NCBI GenBank assembly: GCA_964590105.1
Contig: CAZPYM010000004.1
Span: 52,198-116,197, forward strand
Length of the DNA stretch: 64,000 nucleotides
From: an uncultured Gammaproteobacteria bacterium
GTDB taxonomy: Bacteria > Patescibacteriota > Patescibacteriia > UBA11705 > JABHMO01
Direction: 5' to 3'
In this document: positions 55,473 through 64,000 of the stretch, in pieces
Layout: each line of letters starts with the position of its first letter
Position numbering within the stretch: position 1 is the stretch's first letter
The notes under the pieces: model-generated
Database searches by the model: none
What the model was told of the DNA's origin: nothing
Seen by the model: only the letters and a program-made list of their open reading frames with translations
Translations under genes and position numbers: made by a program

Positions 55473-58400
55473 ATGAAGCGATTGCCGGCTTTCCTGTTTA
55501 TTTTTACGATTAGCATTGTTTTATTTATCTTCTTACCGATCGCTCCGGCCGAGGCGGCTATTTGGGACATCCAGTACAATGGCGCGAATTATTGCTGCAA
55601 CAGTTCTTACAACACTTGCTACAATGCTTTCGACTGGGCCTACTTGATTTACAATGATAATAAAAGCAAAAGCGACGCCAACCCAAATAACGACACAAAT
55701 ATTGCAACAGACACTGCCAGCATGTGTCGTGAAATCGGCGACTGCATAGCAACAACCTGCGAAAACAAACCTGATCCGCTGACAGCCAAATGCAGTATTA
55801 ATAAACCATCCGCCTGCAAAAATGAATTCCAATGCGACCAACAAAATCCTGACGACGCCCTACCGACAGATCCTAAATTAGTCTGGGACGGCGCTAAATG
55901 TCTCTCAAACGGCATTAACTGCAGCAGTAAATCAGATTGCCCTGCTCAACAATATTGCTGTCTCAGCAAACATGACGACTGCACACCCTACACTTGCACT
56001 ATCGTTAAGCCAACTTATGATATTACTTGCGACGAAAACATTAGTAATTGCTTGAAAACCGCGCCACAGCAGTGCGAAGAGGACTGTATACAAGCAAAAC
56101 AAGACAAATGTGACGAATGTAGACAAGAAAAAATAGAAAAATGTAATACTGCCTGCGACGACCTAACGGAAAACCAAGATGACTGTAAAACCGGCTGCCC
56201 AGACGGAGTAGACGACGCAATAGATAACCTAGAAATATGTCAAAATGACTGCCAAAACATACAAGGCGCAGCAACCTATGTGTGCACCAAGCCCTGTCTA
56301 GATCAGGCGCTCAAAGATTGTCGAAACGAACAACCTGGAGGGGCCTGCAAAGAATGTGAGCAAGATTATGAATGTATTACAGAAAACTGCGCTTCCATAG
56401 ACACCACTATAGGAGAACAAGCGATAAGCCCACTTGAGATGGTAAAATTTGTCTGTCGAGCAAAACCATGTGTAAAAAATAAAGATTGTACAGACGCCGG
56501 ACTCTACGGAACATACTGCCACATTGACAATTTAGACCCGAACCATAATGAATGTCTTCCGCTAAAACAACTCGGGGATTCATGCCTAAGCAGTGACGAC
56601 TGCGCACCAGGATTGCATTGTCCGAATTTTGTTTGTGTAGCCGAATGCATAGATGACGCTGAATGTCCGAAATCTCAATATTGTAATTGGTACGGACTTA
56701 ATGGTAGCCCGACTATAAAGGGTGATCCAAATTCAGATCATATATGCTATGACCTAGTACCAGTAGGAGGCTCTTGTAAGTATTCAAATCAATGCTTGTC
56801 CGGCCTCACCTGCAGTGGCGGAAAATGCTCCAAAGCCGGCCCGCCACCACCGCCGTCTACCGATGAAAAATATTTCACCGGATCCAAATGCTACAATGCT
56901 ATCACCTCGCTAAAAGATCTATGCCCAACGGAAAAATTTCACATGTGGGATGGCATCAAGTGCAATAATACTATTTTTCTTATAAAAACATATTGCAACA
57001 CCTCGTTTTCTTACGACAGTTATACTCAAATGGACGCTGCGGTTCTGGCCGGCGAGGACGTGTCCCAAATGTTAGCTGCAGAAGCAAACATGTTTGATGA
57101 TCCGGCGGACGCAGATCTATATATCAATCCCTTGACCACAATTTCGTTCCCCTGCGGAATTATAGATGATCAATTAATCAACTGCGACACGAAAGGAAAA
57201 TGCGATATTTTATTCCCCTTCCCTCTGGATAACTGGTACGACGATCAATGCCACAAAGACGCGCAAGCTTGCGACACGCACGCCGACTGTACTGTAGAAA
57301 AATATTGCGACCCCACGACAAAAAAATGCTTTGCTAAAAAATACGCAGGAGAATCAGCGCCGGATGTTTTTGCCTGTTTTGGCGGTTATTTTTCCAATAA
57401 ATGCACCTGCACAGGAGGGACAACTGTCGGCTGTCCTGCCGGCCTGGAATGCGAAAGCATGTTCAACTGCGCCGCGCCCAAAGCCTGCGGTCCGAGCAAT
57501 CCCGACTGTCCCGCCGGAAAATTCTGCAATATTGATAATCAAAAACTACCGATAAATCAGTGTTTGGCAAAACAAGAAAAAGGAAAAGGCTGCGTTTCCC
57601 CTAATGAGTGCATCACTGATATGTGCTTTGATGGAAAATGCGACGATGCATATGCACCGGGAACAAAAAAAGAGGGTGAGTCTTGCACAGCTAATCCCAA
57701 AACGCCCGACTGCGTCAAAGGATTTTACTGCGATCCCGCCGGCAATACATGCTCTGCTCAAAAAAAGACAGGAGATGAATGTGCGTTTGCAGTTGAATGT
57801 CTCTCCATAAAATGCACAGCCAATAAATGCGAGCCCATGCCGGGAGAACAAAAATATGGCACCAAAGCAGAAGGCGTCGCCTGCACTGACTATGCAACAA
57901 TCAAACAAAATGATTGTAGCAGTGGTCTATTCTGCTCCGAAGGAACTCAAAAAGTTTGCGTTAAACAAGCTCCGGTCGGTGAAAGTTGCTCCGCCAATTA
58001 TTATTGCATATCAAATTCCTGCGATCTAGCGTCGGGCGGAACAAAAAAGTGTCTCTCTGTAGCCGGCGCGCCAGGAGAAGTCTGCTCCCCCGCCTGCAAT
58101 GCCTGGGAAACTTGTTCCAATAGCGCCTGTAAACTAAATGCCGGCGCCTGCAAGGTCGAAGCTGACTGCGCAGCTGAAGCCACAAATAAATATTGCAATA
58201 CCACAACAAATAAATGCGAAGCGCCAAAGCTATGCACTGATGCAAAGGACTGCACTGATGCACAATATTGCGCCACTACCTGCAAAGATAAACTGACGAG
58301 TGGCTTGGCCTGCACTGCCCCTGAACAATGTTTTTCTTCGGAAGGTTGCCTTGAGAGCAAATGCGCCTGTACTGACACCAAAGAATGCCCGAAAGACAAT

Positions 58401-59519
58401 TATTGCGCTGCAAAAAAATGCACCGCTAAATTGGGCGAGGGCGGAGTCTGCACCGACGCCACCAAAGATATCTGTCTGTCCGGCGAATGTAAAGATGAAA
58501 AGTGCGTGGCTCCGGCAACCGGACCACCCCCGCCGGCCCCGGTCTGCACTCCTACTTGTACTAATGCCTGGGAAGAATGCCAGGCCGGCACGCCCAATGC
58601 CTGCAAACTAAAAGCCGGCATGTGCAACCTAGAAGCTGACTGCGCGGCGGCTACCGACAAAAAAACCTACTGCAATACGACAAAACATGAATGTGAAACA
58701 CCAAAAGCCTGCAAAAAAACAAGCGACTGCACAGCGACACAATATTGCGACACCAAAGCAAAAGCTTGCAAAGACAAACTGGCTTCAGGATTAGCCTGCG
58801 AAGATGCTACTCAATGTCTTTCAATCAACGGCTGCACGAACAAAAAATGCGCCTGCGAAAAATCAGCTGATTGTCCAAAATCTCAATACTGCGGTGGGAC
58901 AACTTTTGAATGCATCGAAAAAACAAAAGTCGGAGACTCTTGTCCGTTCAGCACTACATTTTGCAAAGATATTTGCATCAGTGGTATCGCCAAAGCCGAT
59001 CCCGCAGATGCAACAAAAAGTATCTGCATTTGTGATAATACCTCTCAATGCGAAGACGGCAAATACTGTTCAAATAACGGCGCCGAAAAAGACAAATGTG
59101 TTGACAAGCTGGCGGAAGGGGCAAAGTGCGCAATGGACGGCGTGTGCAAATCAGGGAAATGCCTTATAGATAGTGGAAGTGGAAAAACAGAAGGCGTGTG
59201 TTCAAAACCGGCGGCAGTGGCGCCAGGCGGAGCAGGCGGCGGAACGCCGGTTGTCTCAATCCTCCTGCCAAATTTTCTCGGCACTGATGACCCGTCCGAT
59301 GTTATCGGCCGTGTTATCAATTATATTGTCGGACTAGCCGGCACCGCGGCCATGGTCATGTTTATTTACGGCGGAGCGATGTGGCTGATTTCAGCCGGCC
59401 GGCCGGAATATGTTAGTAAAGGGAGAGACACCATGATGTGGGCGGCGATCGGACTGTTTCTGATTTTTACGAGTTATGTGCTGATTAAATTTATTGTTAA
59501 ATTGCTCGGTTCAGGATAA
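55473..59519 (+). CDS. 1348-aa Cys-rich secreted protein with N-terminal signal peptide and a C-terminal pilin-like two-helix hairpin
   Basis: Signal peptide MKRLPAFLFIFTISIVLFIFLPIAPAEA. Hundreds of Cys in repeated CxxDCxxxQYC-type modules, with an internal tandem duplication of about 560 nt (~57980-58540 versus ~58540-59100). C-terminal VINYIVGLAGTAAMVMFIYGGAMWLISAGRPEYVSKGRDTMMWAAIGLFLIFTSYVLIKF is homologous in architecture to the N-terminal hairpins of the 3624-aa and 709-aa proteins. Confidence 0.65.
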   Translation: MKRLPAFLFIFTISIVLFIFLPIAPAEAAIWDIQYNGANYCCNSSYNTCYNAFDWAYLIYNDNKSKSDANPNNDTNIATDTASMCREIGDCIATTCENKPDPLTAKCSINKPSACKNEFQCDQQNPDDALPTDPKLVWDGAKCLSNGINCSSKSDCPAQQYCCLSKHDDCTPYTCTIVKPTYDITCDENISNCLKTAPQQCEEDCIQAKQDKCDECRQEKIEKCNTACDDLTENQDDCKTGCPDGVDDAIDNLEICQNDCQNIQGAATYVCTKPCLDQALKDCRNEQPGGACKECEQDYECITENCASIDTTIGEQAISPLEMVKFVCRAKPCVKNKDCTDAGLYGTYCHIDNLDPNHNECLPLKQLGDSCLSSDDCAPGLHCPNFVCVAECIDDAECPKSQYCNWYGLNGSPTIKGDPNSDHICYDLVPVGGSCKYSNQCLSGLTCSGGKCSKAGPPPPPSTDEKYFTGSKCYNAITSLKDLCPTEKFHMWDGIKCNNTIFLIKTYCNTSFSYDSYTQMDAAVLAGEDVSQMLAAEANMFDDPADADLYINPLTTISFPCGIIDDQLINCDTKGKCDILFPFPLDNWYDDQCHKDAQACDTHADCTVEKYCDPTTKKCFAKKYAGESAPDVFACFGGYFSNKCTCTGGTTVGCPAGLECESMFNCAAPKACGPSNPDCPAGKFCNIDNQKLPINQCLAKQEKGKGCVSPNECITDMCFDGKCDDAYAPGTKKEGESCTANPKTPDCVKGFYCDPAGNTCSAQKKTGDECAFAVECLSIKCTANKCEPMPGEQKYGTKAEGVACTDYATIKQNDCSSGLFCSEGTQKVCVKQAPVGESCSANYYCISNSCDLASGGTKKCLSVAGAPGEVCSPACNAWETCSNSACKLNAGACKVEADCAAEATNKYCNTTTNKCEAPKLCTDAKDCTDAQYCATTCKDKLTSGLACTAPEQCFSSEGCLESKCACTDTKECPKDNYCAAKKCTAKLGEGGVCTDATKDICLSGECKDEKCVAPATGPPPPAPVCTPTCTNAWEECQAGTPNACKLKAGMCNLEADCAAATDKKTYCNTTKHECETPKACKKTSDCTATQYCDTKAKACKDKLASGLACEDATQCLSINGCTNKKCACEKSADCPKSQYCGGTTFECIEKTKVGDSCPFSTTFCKDICISGIAKADPADATKSICICDNTSQCEDGKYCSNNGAEKDKCVDKLAEGAKCAMDGVCKSGKCLIDSGSGKTEGVCSKPAAVAPGGAGGGTPVVSILLPNFLGTDDPSDVIGRVINYIVGLAGTAAMVMFIYGGAMWLISAGRPEYVSKGRDTMMWAAIGLFLIFTSYVLIKFIVKLLGSG

Positions 59520-59771
59520 TAAACAATTCATTTCAAATAAAAAATTTCCCGGCAATATCTTTGTCCGGGGAATTTTTGTTTTTCTTTATTTTCCCTTTTC
59601 CCTTCTCGCGTCCAACTTTTACCTTTTACCTGATTCTTTCCCTTCGGCAATTGAGCTAATACTTTTACCTTTTACTTTCCTCCTTTTCCCCCTATTGACA
59701 AAACACTATCATTAAGTTAAGCTATCATATTAAAGTAATGTTCATTGACAACAAAACCCGAGGAGGGAAGA

Positions 59772-60794
59772 ATGAGTCCAATAACAATCAGTGCGATAGT
59801 TTTGGCCATTGCCCTCGCGGCAATGTATATTTCAAAATGTCTGCTCAAAACATCGAAAATCACAATCACGGTACTCGATGAATTCGGCGCCGAGCCAGTG
59901 GACATCCGTATGCCAGGCTGGTCCTGGATCTGGTGGCCAAAAAATACTGTTCACGATGTAATCCCGACTGACGAGCGGGCCTACAACGTAACGGAATTTG
60001 AAATGGTTTGCCTGGTGGAAAATGGCGATATTCAGGTTGGCTCTGCTCACAGACAGCACGGACTCGGCCGAGTGGCGTCCGATGAAATCAGCTTTGGCTA
60101 CAGAGTCAAATTTCATACAGAATATGAGCAAAGAAACTATTTAAGGACTCTGGGAAAAAATAACCAAAGGGTTTTCACTATCAAAGAACAGCTGGACAAA
60201 TACTATTCGCTGGTAAAAGTCGCGCCTGATGGCACGAGAGATATCAGCCGTCTGGAAAATGAAAGAATCCGAGACTTGATTCAATCTCTCTTTAGAAAAG
60301 AAGTTTCTGCCATGTTTTTGTTTCATGCTATTAAAATCACCTCTGCCGACGTAAAACATCTACGCGGCATTATTGAAGAGCGTTTCCAAGAGGAAGCTCT
60401 TCCTCTCGTCTGCACTGACCTGTCTATCAATAATCCATTTGAACCGGCGACTAAAAAACTTCAGGATGCGATAAGCAAGCGCTCTGAAGCGGCGCTGGAA
60501 ATGGAAGCTGCCGTTGTAAACGCGGAAAAAGACAGAAAGCTGGCGGAGATCGGCATCAAGACTGCCGAAGCCAATGCCAAGGCAATGCTGGTTTCCGCGG
60601 AAATGCTGGCCAAAGCCTGGGGCATTGACAAATTGCCGCCGGAACAGCAGGTTACCACTTTCCTGAAGAAAGAAGCGATTCAAGCATTCCGCGACATCGG
60701 CTCAAGTCAGAGCACAAAGATCTTGATTGGCACCAATCTGATGGGTGAAATCAATTCAGCCCTGGGAAAAGTGCTGGACTCGGGAGCTAAGTGA
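59772..60794 (+). CDS. SPFH/band-7 domain membrane protein (stomatin/prohibitin/HflKC-like)
   Basis: SD GAGGAGGG 5 nt upstream of ATG 59772. N-terminal TM ITISAIVLAIALAAMYI. SPFH-like core. C-terminal Ala/Glu-rich coiled coil (AEANAKAMLVSAEMLAKA). Confidence 0.65.
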   Translation: MSPITISAIVLAIALAAMYISKCLLKTSKITITVLDEFGAEPVDIRMPGWSWIWWPKNTVHDVIPTDERAYNVTEFEMVCLVENGDIQVGSAHRQHGLGRVASDEISFGYRVKFHTEYEQRNYLRTLGKNNQRVFTIKEQLDKYYSLVKVAPDGTRDISRLENERIRDLIQSLFRKEVSAMFLFHAIKITSADVKHLRGIIEERFQEEALPLVCTDLSINNPFEPATKKLQDAISKRSEAALEMEAAVVNAEKDRKLAEIGIKTAEANAKAMLVSAEMLAKAWGIDKLPPEQQVTTFLKKEAIQAFRDIGSSQSTKILIGTNLMGEINSALGKVLDSGAK

Positions 60795-61498
60795 TGAACA
60801 ATAAACCCGCTCGAATCTTTTTCGCATTCATTGCCGCGGCCGCTGTCAGCATGATAATCATCGAGCTGACAGTGGCCACCTGGCCGTTTGAACACAAGAT
60901 CATCCTGCCGCTGGCGATCGTCATCACCGGCCTAATCAAATTGCTGACTGACATTTTCAAAACCAAAAAAAAGCCGGCACCGGCTTCTGCCGCTCCGCCC
61001 GCAACTCCCGCCGAACCGGCTCCGCCAAGAAACGAAACCGGAAGTAAAGCAATCAACTTTTTCGTCGGCCTGGTGTTCCTGTGTTTTTGGATTATAGTTC
61101 TGGCTACCATGGTGTGGGCCGGCATCTGGCTGTACAACTCAATGCGAAAAGATATCCGGGAAATCATTAACTCCAGTCATGAAATCAAAGCGATTGAACC
61201 ACTACCCATAGGACACTCTAATAATCAGCAAGTTGACTTTGAAAAGGATCTCTGGCTGGTGCCGGGCACTGTTTACGACGCTTTTACGCTTGAGCAAGGA
61301 CAGCAGTGGAAATGGAGTGTGCTGTCGAAAGATATCTACTACCGCGTGAAGCAAACTGGCCAAGAAGAATTTTCGCTGATTGATCGCGAACAGAACCAAG
61401 GCCATAACCATTCCGCTAATTACGACGGTATATTGCAATTGAAAACAGAACACCGCCACACGCATGTGACGGTGATCAGAATGTTCCGAACAAAATAA
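60794..61498 (+). CDS. hypothetical membrane protein (3 TM helices, Pro/Ala-rich linker)
   Basis: TGATG overlap with the SPFH gene stop, which suggests a coupled operon. No family recognised. Confidence 0.35.
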   Translation: MNNKPARIFFAFIAAAAVSMIIIELTVATWPFEHKIILPLAIVITGLIKLLTDIFKTKKKPAPASAAPPATPAEPAPPRNETGSKAINFFVGLVFLCFWIIVLATMVWAGIWLYNSMRKDIREIINSSHEIKAIEPLPIGHSNNQQVDFEKDLWLVPGTVYDAFTLEQGQQWKWSVLSKDIYYRVKQTGQEEFSLIDREQNQGHNHSANYDGILQLKTEHRHTHVTVIRMFRTK

Positions 61499-61548
61499 AA
61501 GCGCTCCGATGCAAGATCGGAGCCTTTTTTATTTTTCTTTATAAATAA

Positions 61549-62118
61549 CTATTTATCAATCGTAATTGAATTATTATCATAAAACTTCAAACTATTAACA
61601 ATAATTTTTGAAGTTTCCCAATTGCCACTGATTTCGACTTCAACTATTCTGTCGCCAAGATCGAAGACAATCAGGTCAACCAGTTTTTCCGGATAAGCAG
61701 CCACCCGGCCTTTGACATTTTTTAACCACAAGCCAGCCTGGCCGTTAATCTCCACATCTTCTCTCGGAGCATCTGCCTTCAATATATCCACCGACTGATT
61801 TTCATAAAACTCCTGCAAACTAAATTGTTGCTTCCAATTGGTATAGCCCAGGATTTTGACCGAATCATCAGCCGCATTGGCTGAAAAAAATCTAGCGATC
61901 AGACCATCTTCACCGCTATCTGTGACTCGCCAGCCTTGCGGGAATCGCAGTTCATATCGAAAAGCCGGATTAGTATACAATTGCCAGCCTTTGACACTCT
62001 GCTTGACGGCTGATTCCTTCATTATTAATTCATTGGTAACTTGCTTTTGCTGTTTTTCACAGCCTATAATGAAAAATGCCATTGCGCAAATAACCATCAC
62101 GGACAAAAATTTTTTCAT
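61549..62118 (-). CDS. hypothetical lipoprotein
   Basis: Signal peptide MKKFLSVMVICAMAFFIIGC with a lipobox-like IIGC. 189 aa, soluble beta-rich body. Confidence 0.4.
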   Translation of the reverse strand: MKKFLSVMVICAMAFFIIGCEKQQKQVTNELIMKESAVKQSVKGWQLYTNPAFRYELRFPQGWRVTDSGEDGLIARFFSANAADDSVKILGYTNWKQQFSLQEFYENQSVDILKADAPREDVEINGQAGLWLKNVKGRVAAYPEKLVDLIVFDLGDRIVEVEISGNWETSKIIVNSLKFYDNNSITIDK

Positions 62119-62141
62119 AATTATTTTGCCCCTCCGTTATA

Positions 62142-63020
62142 TTATTTTATAATTTGTTCAATAATATTACCCAGCTCTTCTTCAGAATAAAATTCTATCA
62201 CAATCTGCCCCTGCTCTCCTCGTTTTATTATTTTTACTTTGGTGTTTAATTGACTGCGCAACATATCTTCTTTTTCAGCCAGCAAAGGATCTTGACTTGG
62301 AATTCTTTGTTTTCTTTTTAGCCCGCTTTTACCAATTCTTTGCTCAGTGTCGCGAACAGTGTAGCCGTGCAGTAATATTTTTTGTAAAAAATTATTTTGT
62401 TCTTTTTCGTTTTCCAAACTAACCAAAATTTTTGCGTGCCCCTCGGATATTCGTTCTTCGGCAATTGCTTTTTGTGCTTCTTCTGTCAAACCGAGCAATC
62501 TGACAGTATTGGCCACAGCAGAGCGACTGACCCCGAGCTTTTGGGCTACTTGCTCCTGCGTTAAATTAAATTCATCCATCAAACGCTGGTACGCCACGGC
62601 CTTTTCAATTGGATTCAAGCTTTTTCTTTGAACATTTTCAATAATGGCCAACTCTAATTTTTCCTGTTCCTCGGCTTGGCGCACAATCGCCGGTACAGTT
62701 TCAAGGCCAATTATCCTAGCCGCTCTGAGACGTCTTTCTCCAGCGATTAGCTGATATCCACCCTCAACTTTGGTAACAATGATCGGTTGAATAATTCCAT
62801 AAACCTTGATTGATTCAATTAATTCTTCCAAATCTTCGTGACCAAAAGTTTTTCTTGGTTGCATTGGATTAACCTCGATCGCATCAACAGGAATCTGAAA
62901 TATTTTACTACTGTCCTCCGCTAATAAAAATTCCTTATTTTTTTCAGAAATAATATTTTCAGGAATCCTTTTGGGAATCAAGGAGCTAAGCCCTCTGCCT
63001 AAACCTGTAAGTTTTGCCAT
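62142..63020 (-). CDS. parB: chromosome partitioning protein ParB (Spo0J)
   Basis: ParB box GERRLRAAR. HTH region. Length 292 aa. Located downstream of parA. Confidence 0.85.
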   Translation of the reverse strand: MAKLTGLGRGLSSLIPKRIPENIISEKNKEFLLAEDSSKIFQIPVDAIEVNPMQPRKTFGHEDLEELIESIKVYGIIQPIIVTKVEGGYQLIAGERRLRAARIIGLETVPAIVRQAEEQEKLELAIIENVQRKSLNPIEKAVAYQRLMDEFNLTQEQVAQKLGVSRSAVANTVRLLGLTEEAQKAIAEERISEGHAKILVSLENEKEQNNFLQKILLHGYTVRDTEQRIGKSGLKRKQRIPSQDPLLAEKEDMLRSQLNTKVKIIKRGEQGQIVIEFYSEEELGNIIEQIIK

Positions 63021-63043
63021 GTTGTTTGCGTTTAATTTTTATT

Positions 63044-63805
63044 TTAAATATTTTCAATCAATTCGCGCGCTAATTTTTGGTAAGCCTTGCCGCCTTTTGA
63101 AAAAGGATCGTATTGCAATATTGATTGTCCGTGGCTTGGGGCCTCGGTCAGTCGGACATTTCTCGGAATCACAGTGCGAAAAATTTTGTCCGGAAAATAT
63201 TTGTATAATTCCTGCATTACTTGCTCAGTCAGCTTCAACCTTTTGTCAAACATAGTGATAACTGCGCCAAGAATGGACAATTCCGGCTTGATGTTTTCCT
63301 GAACAAGATTAATAGTATTAATTAATTGTCCCAATCCCTCGAGCGCATAATATTCCGCCTGCACCGGAATCAAAATATAATCAGAAGCAACCAAACCATT
63401 GATCGTTAGCAAGCCAAGTGAAGGCGGACAGTCAATCAAAATAATGTCATAATCGCCTCGCACTTCAAGCAATGCTTCGGAAAGACGGAATTCTCGGTTC
63501 TCTAGATTGACTAATTCAACATTTGCTCCGGCCAGCGCCTGAGTAGCAGGCGCTATGCGATAGCCCAGATGATTAGTTGATTTGATTATTTCACGAAGCA
63601 AAAACTCGCCGGAAATAGCTTCATATATACCCTTTTCCAAATTTTGATAATCGATGCCAAGTCCAGAAGTAGCATTCGCCTGCGGGTCAAGATCAACCAA
63701 CAAAACATACTTGCCGTGGTCAGCCAGATACGCGCCCAAATTAACTGCGGTCGTCGTCTTGCCGACTCCCCCTTTTTGGTTAACCACCGCGATAACTTTT
63801 GCCAT
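63044..63805 (-). CDS. parA: chromosome partitioning ATPase ParA (Soj)
   Basis: Deviant Walker A KGGVGKTTTAVNLGAYLA. Start placed at MAKVIAVVNQ (63805); the track start at 63868 adds a hydrophobic 21-aa extension. Confidence 0.9.
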   Translation of the reverse strand: MAKVIAVVNQKGGVGKTTTAVNLGAYLADHGKYVLLVDLDPQANATSGLGIDYQNLEKGIYEAISGEFLLREIIKSTNHLGYRIAPATQALAGANVELVNLENREFRLSEALLEVRGDYDIILIDCPPSLGLLTINGLVASDYILIPVQAEYYALEGLGQLINTINLVQENIKPELSILGAVITMFDKRLKLTEQVMQELYKYFPDKIFRTVIPRNVRLTEAPSHGQSILQYDPFSKGGKAYQKLARELIENI

Positions 63806-63907
63806 AATTATAAAAATTATGAAGATAACTTCTTTTGATATTATATTACATAAACATGGCTTTGACAAGCTGGTTTTTATATTCTATAATCATATCACCT
63901 TTGTTCT

Positions 63908-63993
63908 GCCGCCGTGGCGAAACTGGTAGACGCGCACGACTCAAAATCGTGTGGAGTTCCTCCATGTCGGTTCGACTCCGACCGGCGGCACCA
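63908..63993 (+). tRNA. tRNA-Leu (anticodon CAA), class II with long variable arm, CCA encoded
   Basis: gccgccgtggcgaaactggtagacgcgcacgactcaaaatcgtgtggagttcctccatgtcggttcgactccgaccggcggcacca. The 7-bp acceptor stem gccgccg/cggcggc pairs. The anticodon loop CUCAAAA gives CAA. Near-identical in layout to E. coli tRNA-Leu(CAA). Confidence 0.85.
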
Positions 63994-64000
63994 TAAATCA

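Noticed and set aside
55533-56607. Small antisense ORFs within the 1348-aa Cys-rich gene (55533..55844-, 55649..55915-, 56041..56274- and others)
   Set aside because: They are nested opposite a long coherent ORF and have no independent support.

Overview
The window is low-GC and gene-dense, with short repeat-filled intergenic spacers. The gene content is a small-genome bacterium; a Candidate Phyla Radiation/Patescibacteria affiliation is inference only. About 80% of coding sequence is on the minus strand up to ~37.2 kb, then the strand switches.

Main content in order:
- An envelope-glycan cluster: SAM methyltransferase, GT39-like membrane glycosyltransferase, MFS transporter, NAD-dependent sugar epimerase.
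- A four-helix-bundle (rRNA-IVS-family) gene bracketed by inverted ttaattaact repeat arrays.
- CapA-family protein, prfB (RF2, in-frame, no frameshift), NUDIX hydrolase, HtrA.
- nrdG plus a split nrdD: a 692-aa body lacking the glycyl-radical motif, and a 48-aa mini-ORF carrying it. The two pieces are separated by a ~180-bp palindromic element bounded by terminal inverted repeats.
- Response regulator, HAD hydrolase, ftsZ, ftsA, dgkA, ybeY.
- A surface locus: two thrombospondin-type-3-repeat membrane proteins, a 3624-aa giant protein and a 709-aa protein. The giant and 709-aa proteins each begin with the same signal peptide plus two-helix VirB2/TrbC-pilin-like hairpin. A third, 1348-aa Cys-rich protein at 55.5-59.5 kb carries the same hairpin at its C-terminus.
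- yqeY, rpsU, hisS and lepB on the minus strand; LCP family protein, der and pth on the plus strand.
- A ~2.5-kb high-GC island (41.08-43.55 kb) with four secreted or membrane proteins of odd composition, each with a strong Shine-Dalgarno site.
- dprA, folC-like Mur ligase, topA, two tandem truncated RelA/SpoT homologues, SPFH protein, lipoprotein, parB, parA and a tRNA-Leu(CAA).

Several dispersed intergenic repeat families are visible, including long palindromic elements bounded by terminal inverted repeats and a GC-rich double-hairpin element ~25 nt upstream of start codons. No CRISPR array, rRNA, integrase or transposase was seen.
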